From IMG/VR virus record IMGVR_UViG_3300002220_000425, positions 1,989-65,988 of that record: 64,000 bases of DNA. The stretch is one strand, 5' to 3'. The notes under the pieces are model-generated. The model worked only from the letters and a program-made list of their open reading frames with translations, was not told the origin of the DNA and did not search any database. Shown here piece after piece: positions 9,589-18,290 of the stretch. A program made the translations under genes and the position numbers. Within the stretch, counting starts at the first letter, position 1. Each line of letters starts with the position of its first letter. Origin of the DNA: a virus. Its lineage: Duplodnaviria; Caudoviricetes.

Positions 9589-9614
9589 GGGTGACACGTT
9601 TAACGCTGTCACCC
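9589..9614. promoter_or_regulatory. Inverted repeat GGGTGACA-N10-TGTCACCC (operator-like)
   Basis: 8-bp perfect arms in the leader of the 9299-9568 gene; half-site equals the TGTCAC promoter element. Confidence 0.6.
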
Positions 9615-9642
9615 ATTCTATCCAGGCCAATCCTGGCGTCTA
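9615..9642 (-). promoter_or_regulatory. Sigma70-like promoter TAGACG-N16-TAGAAT
   Basis: Minus-strand match to -35/-10 upstream of 9568; spacer is itself palindromic (CCAGG-N5-CCTGG). Confidence 0.4.
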
Positions 9643-9698
9643 GGCGTACGCCCCCTGCACAATGCGGGGGCTGAACACGCTTCCATATTGCCAACGGC

Positions 9699-11087
9699 CT
9701 ACAGGCTAAGGCACTCGGCAACACATTCGGAGTCGAGTCCGAGATGCTTGACCAAGTGAACCTTGTCGCTGACCCGTGCGAGGTCGCCGGCGCTTGCCTC
9801 GATCACGATCGTGTCGAGCTTGACGTTCTCTTGCATCTTCCATGCCATGAACGACTCTTCGATTGCTGGTGGGACGCGGCAGATTGCGTCAGTGATCATG
9901 ATCAGGTCGGTCTTGCCACGTGGACAACCAAGCGATGCCCACTTCTGCGGAAGTTCCTCAAGCGGAACGTCCATGTCGGTGCCGCAACCGAAGAAGTGCT
10001 CCAGCCATGCAAGCAGAGTCGCCTCGTCGCTGGTGCCTGGCGGAATGACCAAGTAGTTGCCTTGCTCGGAGCCGCTGAATCCGACCAGTGCGATGAAACG
10101 CTTTTGGTGACGGGCGATCCAGGCCATTGCCAGTGCCATCGCCTTGGCGTTTGCAACACGGTCGCCCTGCATCGAACCCGACTCGTCAACGACAACGACG
10201 ATCGGACCCTTCTGCTCGGACTCGGTTGCGGTCAACTCTTCGATCTGCAATTCACCCTCAGCGAATCGTCGCAGGAAGTCGAGTTCCGTGTCGTCGTCGG
10301 CCAACAGTGCAAGCTCTGACGGTACGACCAATGACAGGTCATCGCCGTACTCGATGCCGACAACCTCATCGACCCCGTGAACGTGCTTGTGGATCTGCAA
10401 CGACTGGGCCAAGCGGCGATACCGTCCGGCCAGTTTCATGATCTGGGCAAGCTGATGGTTCTTGCGAATCCGCTTGAACAGGTTGCGGACTTTTGCAATG
10501 TCAGAGGCGCCAGCACCCTGACCGCTAGTCCCCATACCCATGGCAGATCGGGCGTCGTTCAGTTCGCTAACTTCCTCAGAAGCTTGGCCGACCGCCTTGG
10601 ATGCAGCCTGCAACGCTTGAGCGTCACGATCAAGATCGTCTTCGGGTTCGTCCTGCTTGATCATCTGGACGTACTGTTGTTCGTACGACGCAGCGGCCAT
10701 CTCGGACGCAATGTCGTCCAGTCGCGTCTGGCGGTGCAGCGATTGGTACTCGGGTGTTTGCATGAGAATCGACAGGAAGTGATGCCGGCGAGCGTCGGTA
10801 CACTTCTCGACCAGTTGCGGCGAAGGCTCCCATGCCGCTGCAAGGAAGTCGGACGCAGCATCGATCTCGTGCTGTTCGTAGTTGATGTTCTTGCGGGCCT
10901 TGAGCCATTCCTTGCCGCGCCGCATCGACCAGCGATCAAGCTTGAGGGCCGTTGGCGAAGGTGGCGTTTCCACCACAGTCTCTTCGATGATGTCGTCACC
11001 AGTTGAAACTGGCGTATCGTTCAAGTCACCTGCAAGTGCTGCGGCAAGATCATCGCCAAGCCGCTTAAATCGTTCTGGATCTGTCAT
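9699..11087 (-). CDS. VWA domain protein (ViaA/CoxE-like)
   Basis: MIDAS VVVDESGSMQG, GGTD-like GCGTDMD, MITDA; N-terminal helical region. Confidence 0.88.
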   Translation of the reverse strand: MTDPERFKRLGDDLAAALAGDLNDTPVSTGDDIIEETVVETPPSPTALKLDRWSMRRGKEWLKARKNINYEQHEIDAASDFLAAAWEPSPQLVEKCTDARRHHFLSILMQTPEYQSLHRQTRLDDIASEMAAASYEQQYVQMIKQDEPEDDLDRDAQALQAASKAVGQASEEVSELNDARSAMGMGTSGQGAGASDIAKVRNLFKRIRKNHQLAQIMKLAGRYRRLAQSLQIHKHVHGVDEVVGIEYGDDLSLVVPSELALLADDDTELDFLRRFAEGELQIEELTATESEQKGPIVVVVDESGSMQGDRVANAKAMALAMAWIARHQKRFIALVGFSGSEQGNYLVIPPGTSDEATLLAWLEHFFGCGTDMDVPLEELPQKWASLGCPRGKTDLIMITDAICRVPPAIEESFMAWKMQENVKLDTIVIEASAGDLARVSDKVHLVKHLGLDSECVAECLSL

Positions 11088-11127
11088 GCGATACTCCTAA
11101 AACCTGATTCCGTGGAAGCTGGGGAGA

Positions 11128-11168
11128 AAACAAAAAACCCCTGCCAGACAATTATCCGGCAGGGGTGA
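11128..11168 (-). terminator. Intrinsic terminator overlapping a promoter motif
   Basis: Minus strand CCCCTGCC-GGATAATTGTCT-GGCAGGGG-TTTTTT. Confidence 0.7.
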
Positions 11169-11170
11169 CA
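11152..11170 (-). promoter_or_regulatory. Phage promoter-like motif
   Basis: TGTCACCCCTGCCGGATAA(T) upstream of the VWA gene. Confidence 0.75.
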
Positions 11171-11198
11171 GGGTGGTCTAGTTGCGTGAGCGTGCAGG

Positions 11199-11423
11199 TT
11201 ACTCGTCAACGACGATCAAAGCGGTTGGTGCGTGCGGCATGTCGCTGTGAAAGCCGTCGATCTGCTGAATTGCTTCCCACTGTTCAGTGCTGATTGTCGC
11301 GATACCCGGGTGTCGCAGTTGCACCATCACGCTTGGAAATTGCTCGTCCATCTCGGCGAAGAATCCTTCAGCGTTGTATTCTTCGTCGCACTTTACGTTC
11401 AGTCTGAGTTGTGGAGATGCCAT
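11199..11423 (-). CDS. Hypothetical protein
   Basis: Probable start MASPQ with AAGGACA upstream. Confidence 0.55.
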   Translation of the reverse strand: MASPQLRLNVKCDEEYNAEGFFAEMDEQFPSVMVQLRHPGIATISTEQWEAIQQIDGFHSDMPHAPTALIVVDE

Positions 11424-11505
11424 TGTCTTGTCCTTGGGTTTTGTTTGTGAACAGGGGACGCGGGCCACCGTTGACCCGCCGCACAGAGCCTAACCCCACT
11501 CTGCC

Positions 11506-11832
11506 TTACGCATCGACAACACGAAACGCAAAATGCTCTTGGATTGCCTGCTGAGCGTCAGTCTCGTCGCTGTGAGCTTCGAGAAAGCCGTAAGCATCAT
11601 CGCCACACACTGGCTCGATGCCCTCCGAACCGCCACGCCCGTTGTTGCCAACAGAAACGGCCATGTCGGTCATTGGGCCGCCAACGTGATGGATAAACCA
11701 AGAGCCGTTCTTGGTGACGTACAGCGTTTTCGTGCGGTAGTTGAAGTCGCTCGAATACGCTCCGTTGCTGTGGAAGAACACAAGGGTTGCGGTTTCAGTG
11801 TTGTACCGCTTGCCATCGATCACTTTGATCAT
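11506..11832 (-). CDS. Conserved phage hypothetical protein
   Basis: MIKVIDGKRYNTETA motif, familiar from small phage proteins. Confidence 0.65.
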   Translation of the reverse strand: MIKVIDGKRYNTETATLVFFHSNGAYSSDFNYRTKTLYVTKNGSWFIHHVGGPMTDMAVSVGNNGRGGSEGIEPVCGDDAYGFLEAHSDETDAQQAIQEHFAFRVVDA

Positions 11833-12033
11833 CAGAGAATCCTGCCCGACTTGGGCTGTTGCGAGTAGCTGACGTGCTACCCTGGGGAAAACATGCAGCG
11901 ACATGCTGCCAGTAACATTATGCACGGACTTGGGACCGTTCGCCAGTATCGACTGGCAAGTGCATTACACACGGGACGCAACAAGCATCCCGTGTGCCCT
12001 CTGCAACGTGGAGCGGCGTCACAGAGGCCCCGT

Positions 12034-13122
12034 TTACCCAAGCGATTCCATGGTCTGGAGTCGCAGTGTCTTCATCATGCCCACCACTCTCTCGTGAGCC
12101 TTACCAGCACGGTCGCCGGTCATCTTGTCGAGTCGTTTGGTGATGTCGGCCAACTTCTTGGCAGTCACCGCAGACGCTTCAAGGTTCCGTGGATCTGTCG
12201 TACGGACCAACTCGGTTGCATCGGCCAACAACTGAGACGCAAGCAACTGGCTTGGCTTGGCGATCTCAGCAACAGCATCGGCTACCGTGTTCATCTGATC
12301 GGGGTGGCTCCACCAAACATGACTGAGCAACGCCAGGTCGTCAGTCTCAACCGTCATACGCCCCTCAAGCCATGCAGCACACTGAAGGGCGGCGGCGGTC
12401 TTGCGGAGTCGTCGATCACCAATGACAACACCTTGAGACGTAACACGCTGTCGGATGGTCGCCATTGCCGACTTGGTGTCAGCGTCAAACGTCACGAGTC
12501 GGGCTTCGTTGCGGGCGGCTTCCAGTTCGGCCATGGTCAACGTCACGGACAAGCTTGGCGTCAAGCTTGGGCTGAACATCAAACGCTCAATGTCGGCTTC
12601 GCCAGTGACGGGCTGAACAAGTTTGCGAAACAGGAATCGGTCGAACAACGCACCAAGCTCTTTGGCTTCAGTGGGCCATTCGTTGGACGCAGCGATGCAC
12701 AACTGCAATGGGCAGCGCATGGTCACGTCACCGTTCTGAAAGGTGCCCTCGTTGAGAATCTTGAGGGTCGTGTTCAGGATCGCACTGGACGCTTTGAACA
12801 CTTCGTCGAGAAACGCAACTTGGCATTCGGGAAGCATGCCAGTCGTGATACGGCGGAACACGCCAGTCTTGAGAGCCATCACGTCAACGGCGCCGTGGAC
12901 TTCTTCGGGCTTGCTGAACTTGTTAAGCAACACGCTGAACTTGCTACAGTCCAGAAAGCTCACGATCGAATCAGCCAACAGCGACTTGGCAGTACCGGGC
13001 GGGCCAACGAATACGGCGTGTTCGCCAGCAACAAGTGCAACCAACGCAATCTGAATCTCGTCATCGCGGTCAATGAGTGCCGCGTTAAGTTCATCGCGGC
13101 ATGTTTGAAACTTGTGAATCAT
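12034..13122 (-). CDS. MoxR/RavA-like AAA+ ATPase
   Basis: GPPGTAKS, AFLDEVFKASSAILNTTL..LNE, ASNE, LFDRFLFR, GDRRLRK; start MIHKF after GGAG. Confidence 0.9.
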   Translation of the reverse strand: MIHKFQTCRDELNAALIDRDDEIQIALVALVAGEHAVFVGPPGTAKSLLADSIVSFLDCSKFSVLLNKFSKPEEVHGAVDVMALKTGVFRRITTGMLPECQVAFLDEVFKASSAILNTTLKILNEGTFQNGDVTMRCPLQLCIAASNEWPTEAKELGALFDRFLFRKLVQPVTGEADIERLMFSPSLTPSLSVTLTMAELEAARNEARLVTFDADTKSAMATIRQRVTSQGVVIGDRRLRKTAAALQCAAWLEGRMTVETDDLALLSHVWWSHPDQMNTVADAVAEIAKPSQLLASQLLADATELVRTTDPRNLEASAVTAKKLADITKRLDKMTGDRAGKAHERVVGMMKTLRLQTMESLG

Positions 13123-13179
13123 CTTGTGCTCCAAGACGGGTTAGAAAATCGGCACCAGGACTGTCCCGGCTCACTGGAG

Positions 13180-13198
13180 TTATCCGGCAGGGGTGACA
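13180..13198 (-). promoter_or_regulatory. Phage promoter-like motif
   Basis: TGTCACCCCTGCCGGATAA(C) upstream of the AAA gene. Confidence 0.75.
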
Positions 13199-13239
13199 GG
13201 CCGCTGAAATGTGCGTTTACGTGCGGGTGCGCGCGTAAC

Positions 13240-13268
13240 AAAAAAACCCGCTCGGATAACCGAACGGG
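13240..13268 (-). terminator. Intrinsic terminator
   Basis: CCCGTTCGG-TTAT-CCGAGCGGG-TTTTTTT on the minus strand. Confidence 0.7.
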
Positions 13269-13298
13269 GTGAGGGTGAAACGTTACAGGGCGTAACGT

Positions 13299-14147
13299 TT
13301 AAGCGTTTGCGGGTTCAGTCTGAACCGTGTGAACCTTCTCAACAAGCTTGGCCTTGGCAGCGTCGATCTGCTTGAGCAGTTCTGCTTGCTCCGAAGACAG
13401 GTACTCGGCATAGCACTCTGCTTTGTGCTTGATTTCCTGCCACTTTTTGATTCCACGTGTCATCGTCGTGGTACGAGTGGTGTCGTCCCAACCGTCAACA
13501 CACTCGTTGAGTTCGTCGAGGATTGCACGCAAGCCGCTGGCAACGGCTTCCTTGACGCTCTTGTTGCCGTCAGAAGTACCTTTCGGGACAGGGAATCGCC
13601 ACAGCGAGCCACCCATCGCCTCAATAAACATCTGGACCTTTGCGGTAAAGCCAGCATGTGCTTGGGGCGTAAAATAGGCAATTCCGCGCCGGGGATTGAT
13701 TGGGAACAAGTCAGCGTTGTTCTTGAACATGGTTTGGACCATGCGGGTAATGTCACTGGCTGTTCGCACTTGCATGGCATGGGCATAAAGCTTGCGAGCT
13801 TCAGTCTCGACTTCAAGCGATTCACTTTGAATGTCGCCAGTCTTGGTGTCGAGGATAACACGGCACTCGTACTGGAAGTCCATTGTCTCGCCTGCGATCT
13901 GCTTCTTGGTAAGCTGGAAGGTGATCGTCCCGTCCTTGCCCTGCTTTACCTTGTCGATCGATCGGTTTTCCTTCAAGTGCTTTGTGGCACGAGTGAACGC
14001 CGATCGGCTGTTCAAATCCTTGGCAACGCATGGAAGCCCTGCAAGTTCCAAGGCTTGACGGATGACGGCAATGTCGATCTCGCCTTCGCCAGTGTCCCAA
14101 GTAACGATCTCGCCAAGCAAGTGATCTGGTGATGTTGTAACGCTCAT
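13299..14147 (-). CDS. DUF6744-like protein
   Basis: LLGEIVTW, RSAFTRA, LFPINPRRGIAYFTP, SVKEAV..GL; sits upstream of the AAA/VWA pair. Confidence 0.6.
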   Translation of the reverse strand: MSVTTSPDHLLGEIVTWDTGEGEIDIAVIRQALELAGLPCVAKDLNSRSAFTRATKHLKENRSIDKVKQGKDGTITFQLTKKQIAGETMDFQYECRVILDTKTGDIQSESLEVETEARKLYAHAMQVRTASDITRMVQTMFKNNADLFPINPRRGIAYFTPQAHAGFTAKVQMFIEAMGGSLWRFPVPKGTSDGNKSVKEAVASGLRAILDELNECVDGWDDTTRTTTMTRGIKKWQEIKHKAECYAEYLSSEQAELLKQIDAAKAKLVEKVHTVQTEPANA

Positions 14148-14213
14148 TTTGCTGCTCTCTTTGAACGGGGTTTGAAAGTGGCGGCGACGTGCCGCAGAGT
14201 CGGCTCACTCCAG

Positions 14214-14232
14214 TTATCCGGTGAGGGTGACA
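14214..14232 (-). promoter_or_regulatory. Phage promoter-like motif
   Basis: TGTCACCCTCACCGGATAA(C). Confidence 0.75.
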
Positions 14233-14274
14233 GCGGCCCTTATTCGCACACCTATGCGGACGCACGCGCGAAAC

Positions 14275-14307
14275 AAAAAAACCCACGTGCCGCATGACAC
14301 GTGGGTT
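14275..14307 (-). terminator. Intrinsic terminator
   Basis: ACCCACGTG-N8-CACGTGGGT followed by a T run on the minus strand. Confidence 0.7.
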
Positions 14308-14321
14308 AAGTGTAACGCTAG

Positions 14322-14522
14322 TTAATTCTTGTTGCCCCACAAACTACCAACGTCCGCAATCTCCTTACGGACGATCTTGGTAGTCGGCGGTGCGGTGAAC
14401 AACAACCTTGCACCCTTGCCCTTGGCCTTGATTACTGTCACTTGACACGGGCCATCGATCAGTACGGATTCGTCGATGTCACGTGACAACACGAGGTTTT
14501 TCAGTTCAGGATTCTGCGACAT
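14322..14522 (-). CDS. csrA: CsrA-like RNA-binding protein
   Basis: LVLSRDIDESVLIDGPCQVTVIKAKGKGARLLFTAPPTTKIVRKEI aligns by eye with CsrA, including the Arg44-equivalent (IVRKEI). Confidence 0.8.
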   Translation of the reverse strand: MSQNPELKNLVLSRDIDESVLIDGPCQVTVIKAKGKGARLLFTAPPTTKIVRKEIADVGSLWGNKN

Positions 14523-14524
14523 GG

Positions 14525-14743
14525 TTACTTCCCTGTAGGTGGTTGTTGATTACGTTCCAATCTGGCTACACGCTTGCTAAGCAGTTCAAGCCTTCTTTGG
14601 ATCACACGCATGATGTTGCGATCCTCAGCCTTCTCCGACCGCATTTCCTCAAGCCCTTCGTCATGGGCTTGGAGAACGTGGTCCATCTCTTGCAGTTCGT
14701 CAGCGACGAGCCGCTTCAGTTCTTTGATTTCCTCTTGATCCAA
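14525..14743 (-). CDS. Small coiled-coil hypothetical protein
   Basis: 72 aa, heptad pattern, tightly coupled to neighbours. Confidence 0.6.
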   Translation of the reverse strand: MDQEEIKELKRLVADELQEMDHVLQAHDEGLEEMRSEKAEDRNIMRVIQRRLELLSKRVARLERNQQPPTGK

Positions 14744-14744
14744 G

Positions 14745-15095
14745 TTAATCCTCTTCCGGCAGCATTACCGTCATGCCGCCCTTGTCGTTGGGTTTGATGA
14801 AAACTGTTCCGGCTACAGTGTGATTAAGCTTGGCGAACGATACGCCTTCGGGGTGCTTTCGCATGAGCTTCTGGACTTGCCTGATACAGTCCATGAGCAA
14901 GGGGACGAGGCACTGTTCGTAAGTGCGTCCATCGAACTCCGAGGCGGTTTCGCACGCCCCGTGAACGCCACTGGTGATCAACAGCCAAGGCCAGCGTTCA
15001 GGGTACGGGTGAATGAGAACGCCATCGTCAATCGCTTGCTCAGTGGTGTACACCGAGATTGGCTCAAGGCCAAAGAACGGATTGTCTTCGTGCAT
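14745..15095 (-). CDS. Hypothetical protein (DUF6573-like)
   Basis: ISVYTTEQAIDDGVLI motif. Confidence 0.5.
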   Translation of the reverse strand: MHEDNPFFGLEPISVYTTEQAIDDGVLIHPYPERWPWLLITSGVHGACETASEFDGRTYEQCLVPLLMDCIRQVQKLMRKHPEGVSFAKLNHTVAGTVFIKPNDKGGMTVMLPEED

Positions 15096-15451
15096 CAGTA
15101 TGCTCCTACGGATTGGCAGGCATGGTCGATCATGCCCACGGCGGTCATGATTCGGGACTTCTCACATACGGATTCGTCAGAGCCTTCTCCGACGATCATA
15201 AAGCGGTGGCGCATGGCCCAGATTTCGTTCAGTGCTTCGTTGTCGATCGTTCCGCCAAACGTGAACGTCTGATAGGCGATCAACTGTGCCATTTCAAACA
15301 TCGTGCAGCAAACGGGCTCGAATCCGTGGCACGCGAATCCGTCAAACTTCGTCTGCTTCATGAACTCGCACAGTTCAAGCGGGATGTCGCTCTGTGCAAG
15401 TGCCAATGCTCGGCTGAACTCAGCTTTGCTCATGTGTGGTGCTTTTGCCAT
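15095..15451 (-). CDS. Hypothetical protein
   Basis: Probable start MAKAPH after AGGGA; first gene after the promoter motif. Confidence 0.55.
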   Translation of the reverse strand: MAKAPHMSKAEFSRALALAQSDIPLELCEFMKQTKFDGFACHGFEPVCCTMFEMAQLIAYQTFTFGGTIDNEALNEIWAMRHRFMIVGEGSDESVCEKSRIMTAVGMIDHACQSVGAY

Positions 15452-15505
15452 GTTGTTCCCTGTCGGTGGACTGGACTGGACCGGGACAGTCCCGGCTTGC
15501 ATCAG

Positions 15506-15524
15506 TTATCCGGCAGGGGTGACA
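15506..15524 (-). promoter_or_regulatory. Phage promoter-like motif
   Basis: TGTCACCCCTGCCGGATAA(C). Confidence 0.75.
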
Positions 15525-15529
15525 CTGCC

Positions 15530-16072
15530 TCAGAACGGGTGCTCACAATGTTCGGCAATCACTTCGAGAACGTGATTCTCTTCGTCTTCGGATAGCCTGC
15601 GAAACTTCATGATCTTTCTGTTCCATGAGCAAATAGCCTTAACGCCAGAGCGTTTGCCTTGCTCGACGTGCGCCCACAAGCCAGGCATGTTCTCAAGCCT
15701 AAAAACAATACCGACTCTCATAATTGCGATATGGAACGCCTTGAAGGCGATTGGCGTATCGAGCAAGCCGCTAAGCTTCTCTCGCTTCTTGGCCTCTTTG
15801 AGTTGCTTCTTGGCTTGAGCTTGCTCCCACTCGGCCTGTCGTTCGCTTACAAGCTTCCTGTAAGCCTCAGCGTACTCAATCAGCTTGTCTCGTTGGCTTT
15901 CGGGTGCTGGTGCAGCAAACGCCTTCTTGGACTGCATGTTGCTGTACTCTACGCCTACTTCGATCTTCCCGGTGAAGAACGACGAGGCAGGGACGTACGG
16001 TTCACCATTGACCATGTAGAAGCAATCATGGCCAAACAGTTGTCTTGGGATTCGTTCTATCTTCTTAGGCAT
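15530..16072 (-). CDS. Hypothetical protein
   Basis: 180-aa ORF overlapping the upstream stop. Confidence 0.6.
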   Translation of the reverse strand: MPKKIERIPRQLFGHDCFYMVNGEPYVPASSFFTGKIEVGVEYSNMQSKKAFAAPAPESQRDKLIEYAEAYRKLVSERQAEWEQAQAKKQLKEAKKREKLSGLLDTPIAFKAFHIAIMRVGIVFRLENMPGLWAHVEQGKRSGVKAICSWNRKIMKFRRLSEDEENHVLEVIAEHCEHPF

Positions 16073-16652
16073 CTACGGCTTCCTCCAGGGCGTCTAGTAT
16101 GGCGTTAGCGATTTTGTCTTGAATACGTTCATAGGCCATGACTCGCTTCAGGCTTACGTCAATAGCGAATACACATTCATCGGGCGGTGACTTTTGAAGT
16201 TCCTTCAGGGAGACAATTCGATACAGCCCCGGCAGTCCTTCAATCTTGAACATCGAGTGGTCTGGCGTATAGCAGTCCATAAGCATCCTTACGCTCTGAA
16301 GGGACGCGTCTTTCGTTGATCGATACGCCGCTGCTTCGGCAAGCCCCATGCTCAATGCCTTGCTTATTGAAACGCGACCTGATTGAAACAGCTTGAACTC
16401 AAAGCACTTGAACGCAAACGGAGTGTCACAACCAAGTGCCACTCCGCGTTGTCGGGCAATTGCCCTATAGCCTGACTTTTCGTCATGCTGCTTTTCCCAA
16501 GACTCTATGAACATGTTGTCTATGCGATCACGGTCCCGCTCAGCGTGCTCTTTGAAAGTTCCGTCATTGTAGTAGGTTCTAATTACATACTGGCGATTTG
16601 CCTCATTGCGGAACGACTTTTGATATACCACCTTGCCTGCATCTGTCATCAT
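16065..16652 (-). CDS. Hypothetical protein
   Basis: Probable start MMTDAG; paralog-like IEGLPGLY vs LENMPGLW in the neighbouring gene. Confidence 0.55.
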   Translation of the reverse strand: MMTDAGKVVYQKSFRNEANRQYVIRTYYNDGTFKEHAERDRDRIDNMFIESWEKQHDEKSGYRAIARQRGVALGCDTPFAFKCFEFKLFQSGRVSISKALSMGLAEAAAYRSTKDASLQSVRMLMDCYTPDHSMFKIEGLPGLYRIVSLKELQKSPPDECVFAIDVSLKRVMAYERIQDKIANAILDALEEAVDA

Positions 16653-16666
16653 CGCACGCGCGTAAG

Positions 16667-16692
16667 AAAAGAACCGGCACAATGGCCGGTTC
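16667..16692 (-). terminator. Intrinsic terminator
   Basis: GAACCGGC-N6-GCCGGTTC-TTTT on the minus strand. Confidence 0.65.
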
Positions 16693-16700
16693 AGGTTTGG

Positions 16701-17351
16701 TTAATCGAGCATCGCCCCGCTGGCGATCTCCTGTAGTGCTTTCCGCATGTTGAACTTGGAATCAGCCAACAGTTGCAGGTAAGCGTCAAGCGGCTTGCCA
16801 TCGCATTCGTGCTTTCGTGCAATCGACTGAAGCCGCTCAGCCATCGCAATTACCGTTTCCTTGTCCAGTTCAAGCTTGAGGCAAATTGCCCGGCTCAGGA
16901 AAGGGCAAGCGTCAAACTTCGTGTCAAACAAGAGTTGTTCACCCTTGTTGGTTGTCGTGAAGATCCACGTGCTGTTGCGTTGAACCGCAGGGTCTTCGAG
17001 TACCGTCTGTAACGCGGACACAATCTTCGAGGTCAACGTGTGAGCCTCATTGACGATGAACGCAAACTGACCGAACAGCGATGGTGCAAGGGCTTTGCGA
17101 TACCACTCGTCCAGCATTTCGGTCAAAAGCTTCTGTGCGTCGATCTCGTACGTGCAACAGTCTGGTGCAACGTGAGATGCAATGATCTTGGCGAGCGTTG
17201 TCTTGCCGGTGCCAGACTCGCCCGTGATCCAATACACCTGACCGTCCAGGCCAGTCGTCTTGAGCGTACAGGCCAAACGTTTCAGCGTCTTCTGGTGCCC
17301 AGCAACCTCACTGAAGTTGCGTGGGCGTTCTACTTCGTACAGTGCTGTCAT
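16701..17351 (-). CDS. Clamp-loader (DnaX/RFC-like) AAA ATPase, short
   Basis: LYEVERPRNFSEVAGHQ, GESGTGKTTLAKI, IVNEAH, FLSRA. Confidence 0.8.
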   Translation of the reverse strand: MTALYEVERPRNFSEVAGHQKTLKRLACTLKTTGLDGQVYWITGESGTGKTTLAKIIASHVAPDCCTYEIDAQKLLTEMLDEWYRKALAPSLFGQFAFIVNEAHTLTSKIVSALQTVLEDPAVQRNSTWIFTTTNKGEQLLFDTKFDACPFLSRAICLKLELDKETVIAMAERLQSIARKHECDGKPLDAYLQLLADSKFNMRKALQEIASGAMLD

Positions 17352-17401
17352 CTAAAGCTCCATTGACAGGGTTCGTTGCCGGGGATGTCCCGGCAGTGTT
17401 G

Positions 17402-17420
17402 TTATCCGGCAGGGGTGACA
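17402..17420 (-). promoter_or_regulatory. Phage promoter-like motif
   Basis: TGTCACCCCTGCCGGATAA(C). Confidence 0.75.
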
Positions 17421-17426
17421 CCGGGC

Positions 17427-17774
17427 TTAGTTGCTCTCTCGGATCTTGGCCATTCGGATACGCTTCTGCTTGTCGATCAGCAGGGCGTTGGTGTAGCCAT
17501 TGGACAACCCGACGTAGAACACCACTCGCATGATTGGCGAAGTCTTGAAGTGTTCGATCGTTTCGCTGACCGTCATTCCGTCCAATCCGCCATGCTTTTC
17601 GTCCATGTCCATGCCCATCGCTTCAGCCAAGCTTCTCAGCATTGGCCCAGCGACGTTCTTCCAGATTTCCGCACCGCAATGCTCAACGAACTGATGAGCT
17701 TCTTCGTTTGCCTCTTGGCATTCGGGGTTGTCTCGAACGTCCGTGTACTCAAACTTACCGTTGGTATTCATCAA
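17427..17774 (-). CDS. Hypothetical protein
   Basis: 115-aa ORF with GGAG SD. Confidence 0.6.
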   Translation of the reverse strand: MMNTNGKFEYTDVRDNPECQEANEEAHQFVEHCGAEIWKNVAGPMLRSLAEAMGMDMDEKHGGLDGMTVSETIEHFKTSPIMRVVFYVGLSNGYTNALLIDKQKRIRMAKIRESN

Positions 17775-17853
17775 ACTGCTCCAATACAGGCTTGTGACTG
17801 TTCACCACGTTGGTGAGCCGCATTCAGGCCATGAAACATGGCCCCACTCTGCG

Positions 17854-18135
17854 TTAGGAAACAACGGTTACTTGTCGAGAGTAAACTTGCTCCTCAACGT
17901 ACTTCTTCGTGGTGTAGTCGTAGTAGCGACTGAACACTTCAAACAGATCGCCTTCCCAATCGGTTGCCCAAGTACGAGCGTGCTGGATTGGCGTTGAATA
18001 CTCGTCCCAGCCGCCGTTGTCGCTGTTGTCGTCAAACAGCTTGCCGTTGCGGCGAATGACGTAGCGGGTTCGAGTCCGTGTTACTTTCTTGCCCATTTTG
18101 CGTCGTACTCCTCGTGTGTCATAAGGTTGTTCCAC
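17854..18135 (-). CDS. Hypothetical protein
   Basis: ORF in the minus-strand cassette; true start may be MGKK. Confidence 0.5.
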   Translation of the reverse strand: MEQPYDTRGVRRKMGKKVTRTRTRYVIRRNGKLFDDNSDNGGWDEYSTPIQHARTWATDWEGDLFEVFSRYYDYTTKKYVEEQVYSRQVTVVS

Positions 18136-18290
18136 AGCAACAAGCCATCAATCGCTTGGTGCTTCAATTCAATCTCATCCCGAAGGTGAGCTTCAAGTTG
18201 TGCGTTCCTGAGCGCTAATCGATCGACTTCACGCTGAAGGCTCTCGACTTGGCGTTTGAGACTAACGCGGGGACGTGTCGCTAGCTGCAT
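18081..18290 (-). CDS. Small coiled-coil hypothetical protein
   Basis: 69 aa, GGAGCAACCATG start. Confidence 0.55.
   Translation of the reverse strand: MQLATRPRVSLKRQVESLQREVDRLALRNAQLEAHLRDEIELKHQAIDGLLLWNNLMTHEEYDAKWARK

Noticed and set aside
11893-13272. Long antisense ORFs (also 257-1075, 3709-4602, 30634-31392, 37528-38391)
   Set aside because: They are shadows of recognisable genes on the other strand in GC-rich DNA and have no motifs.
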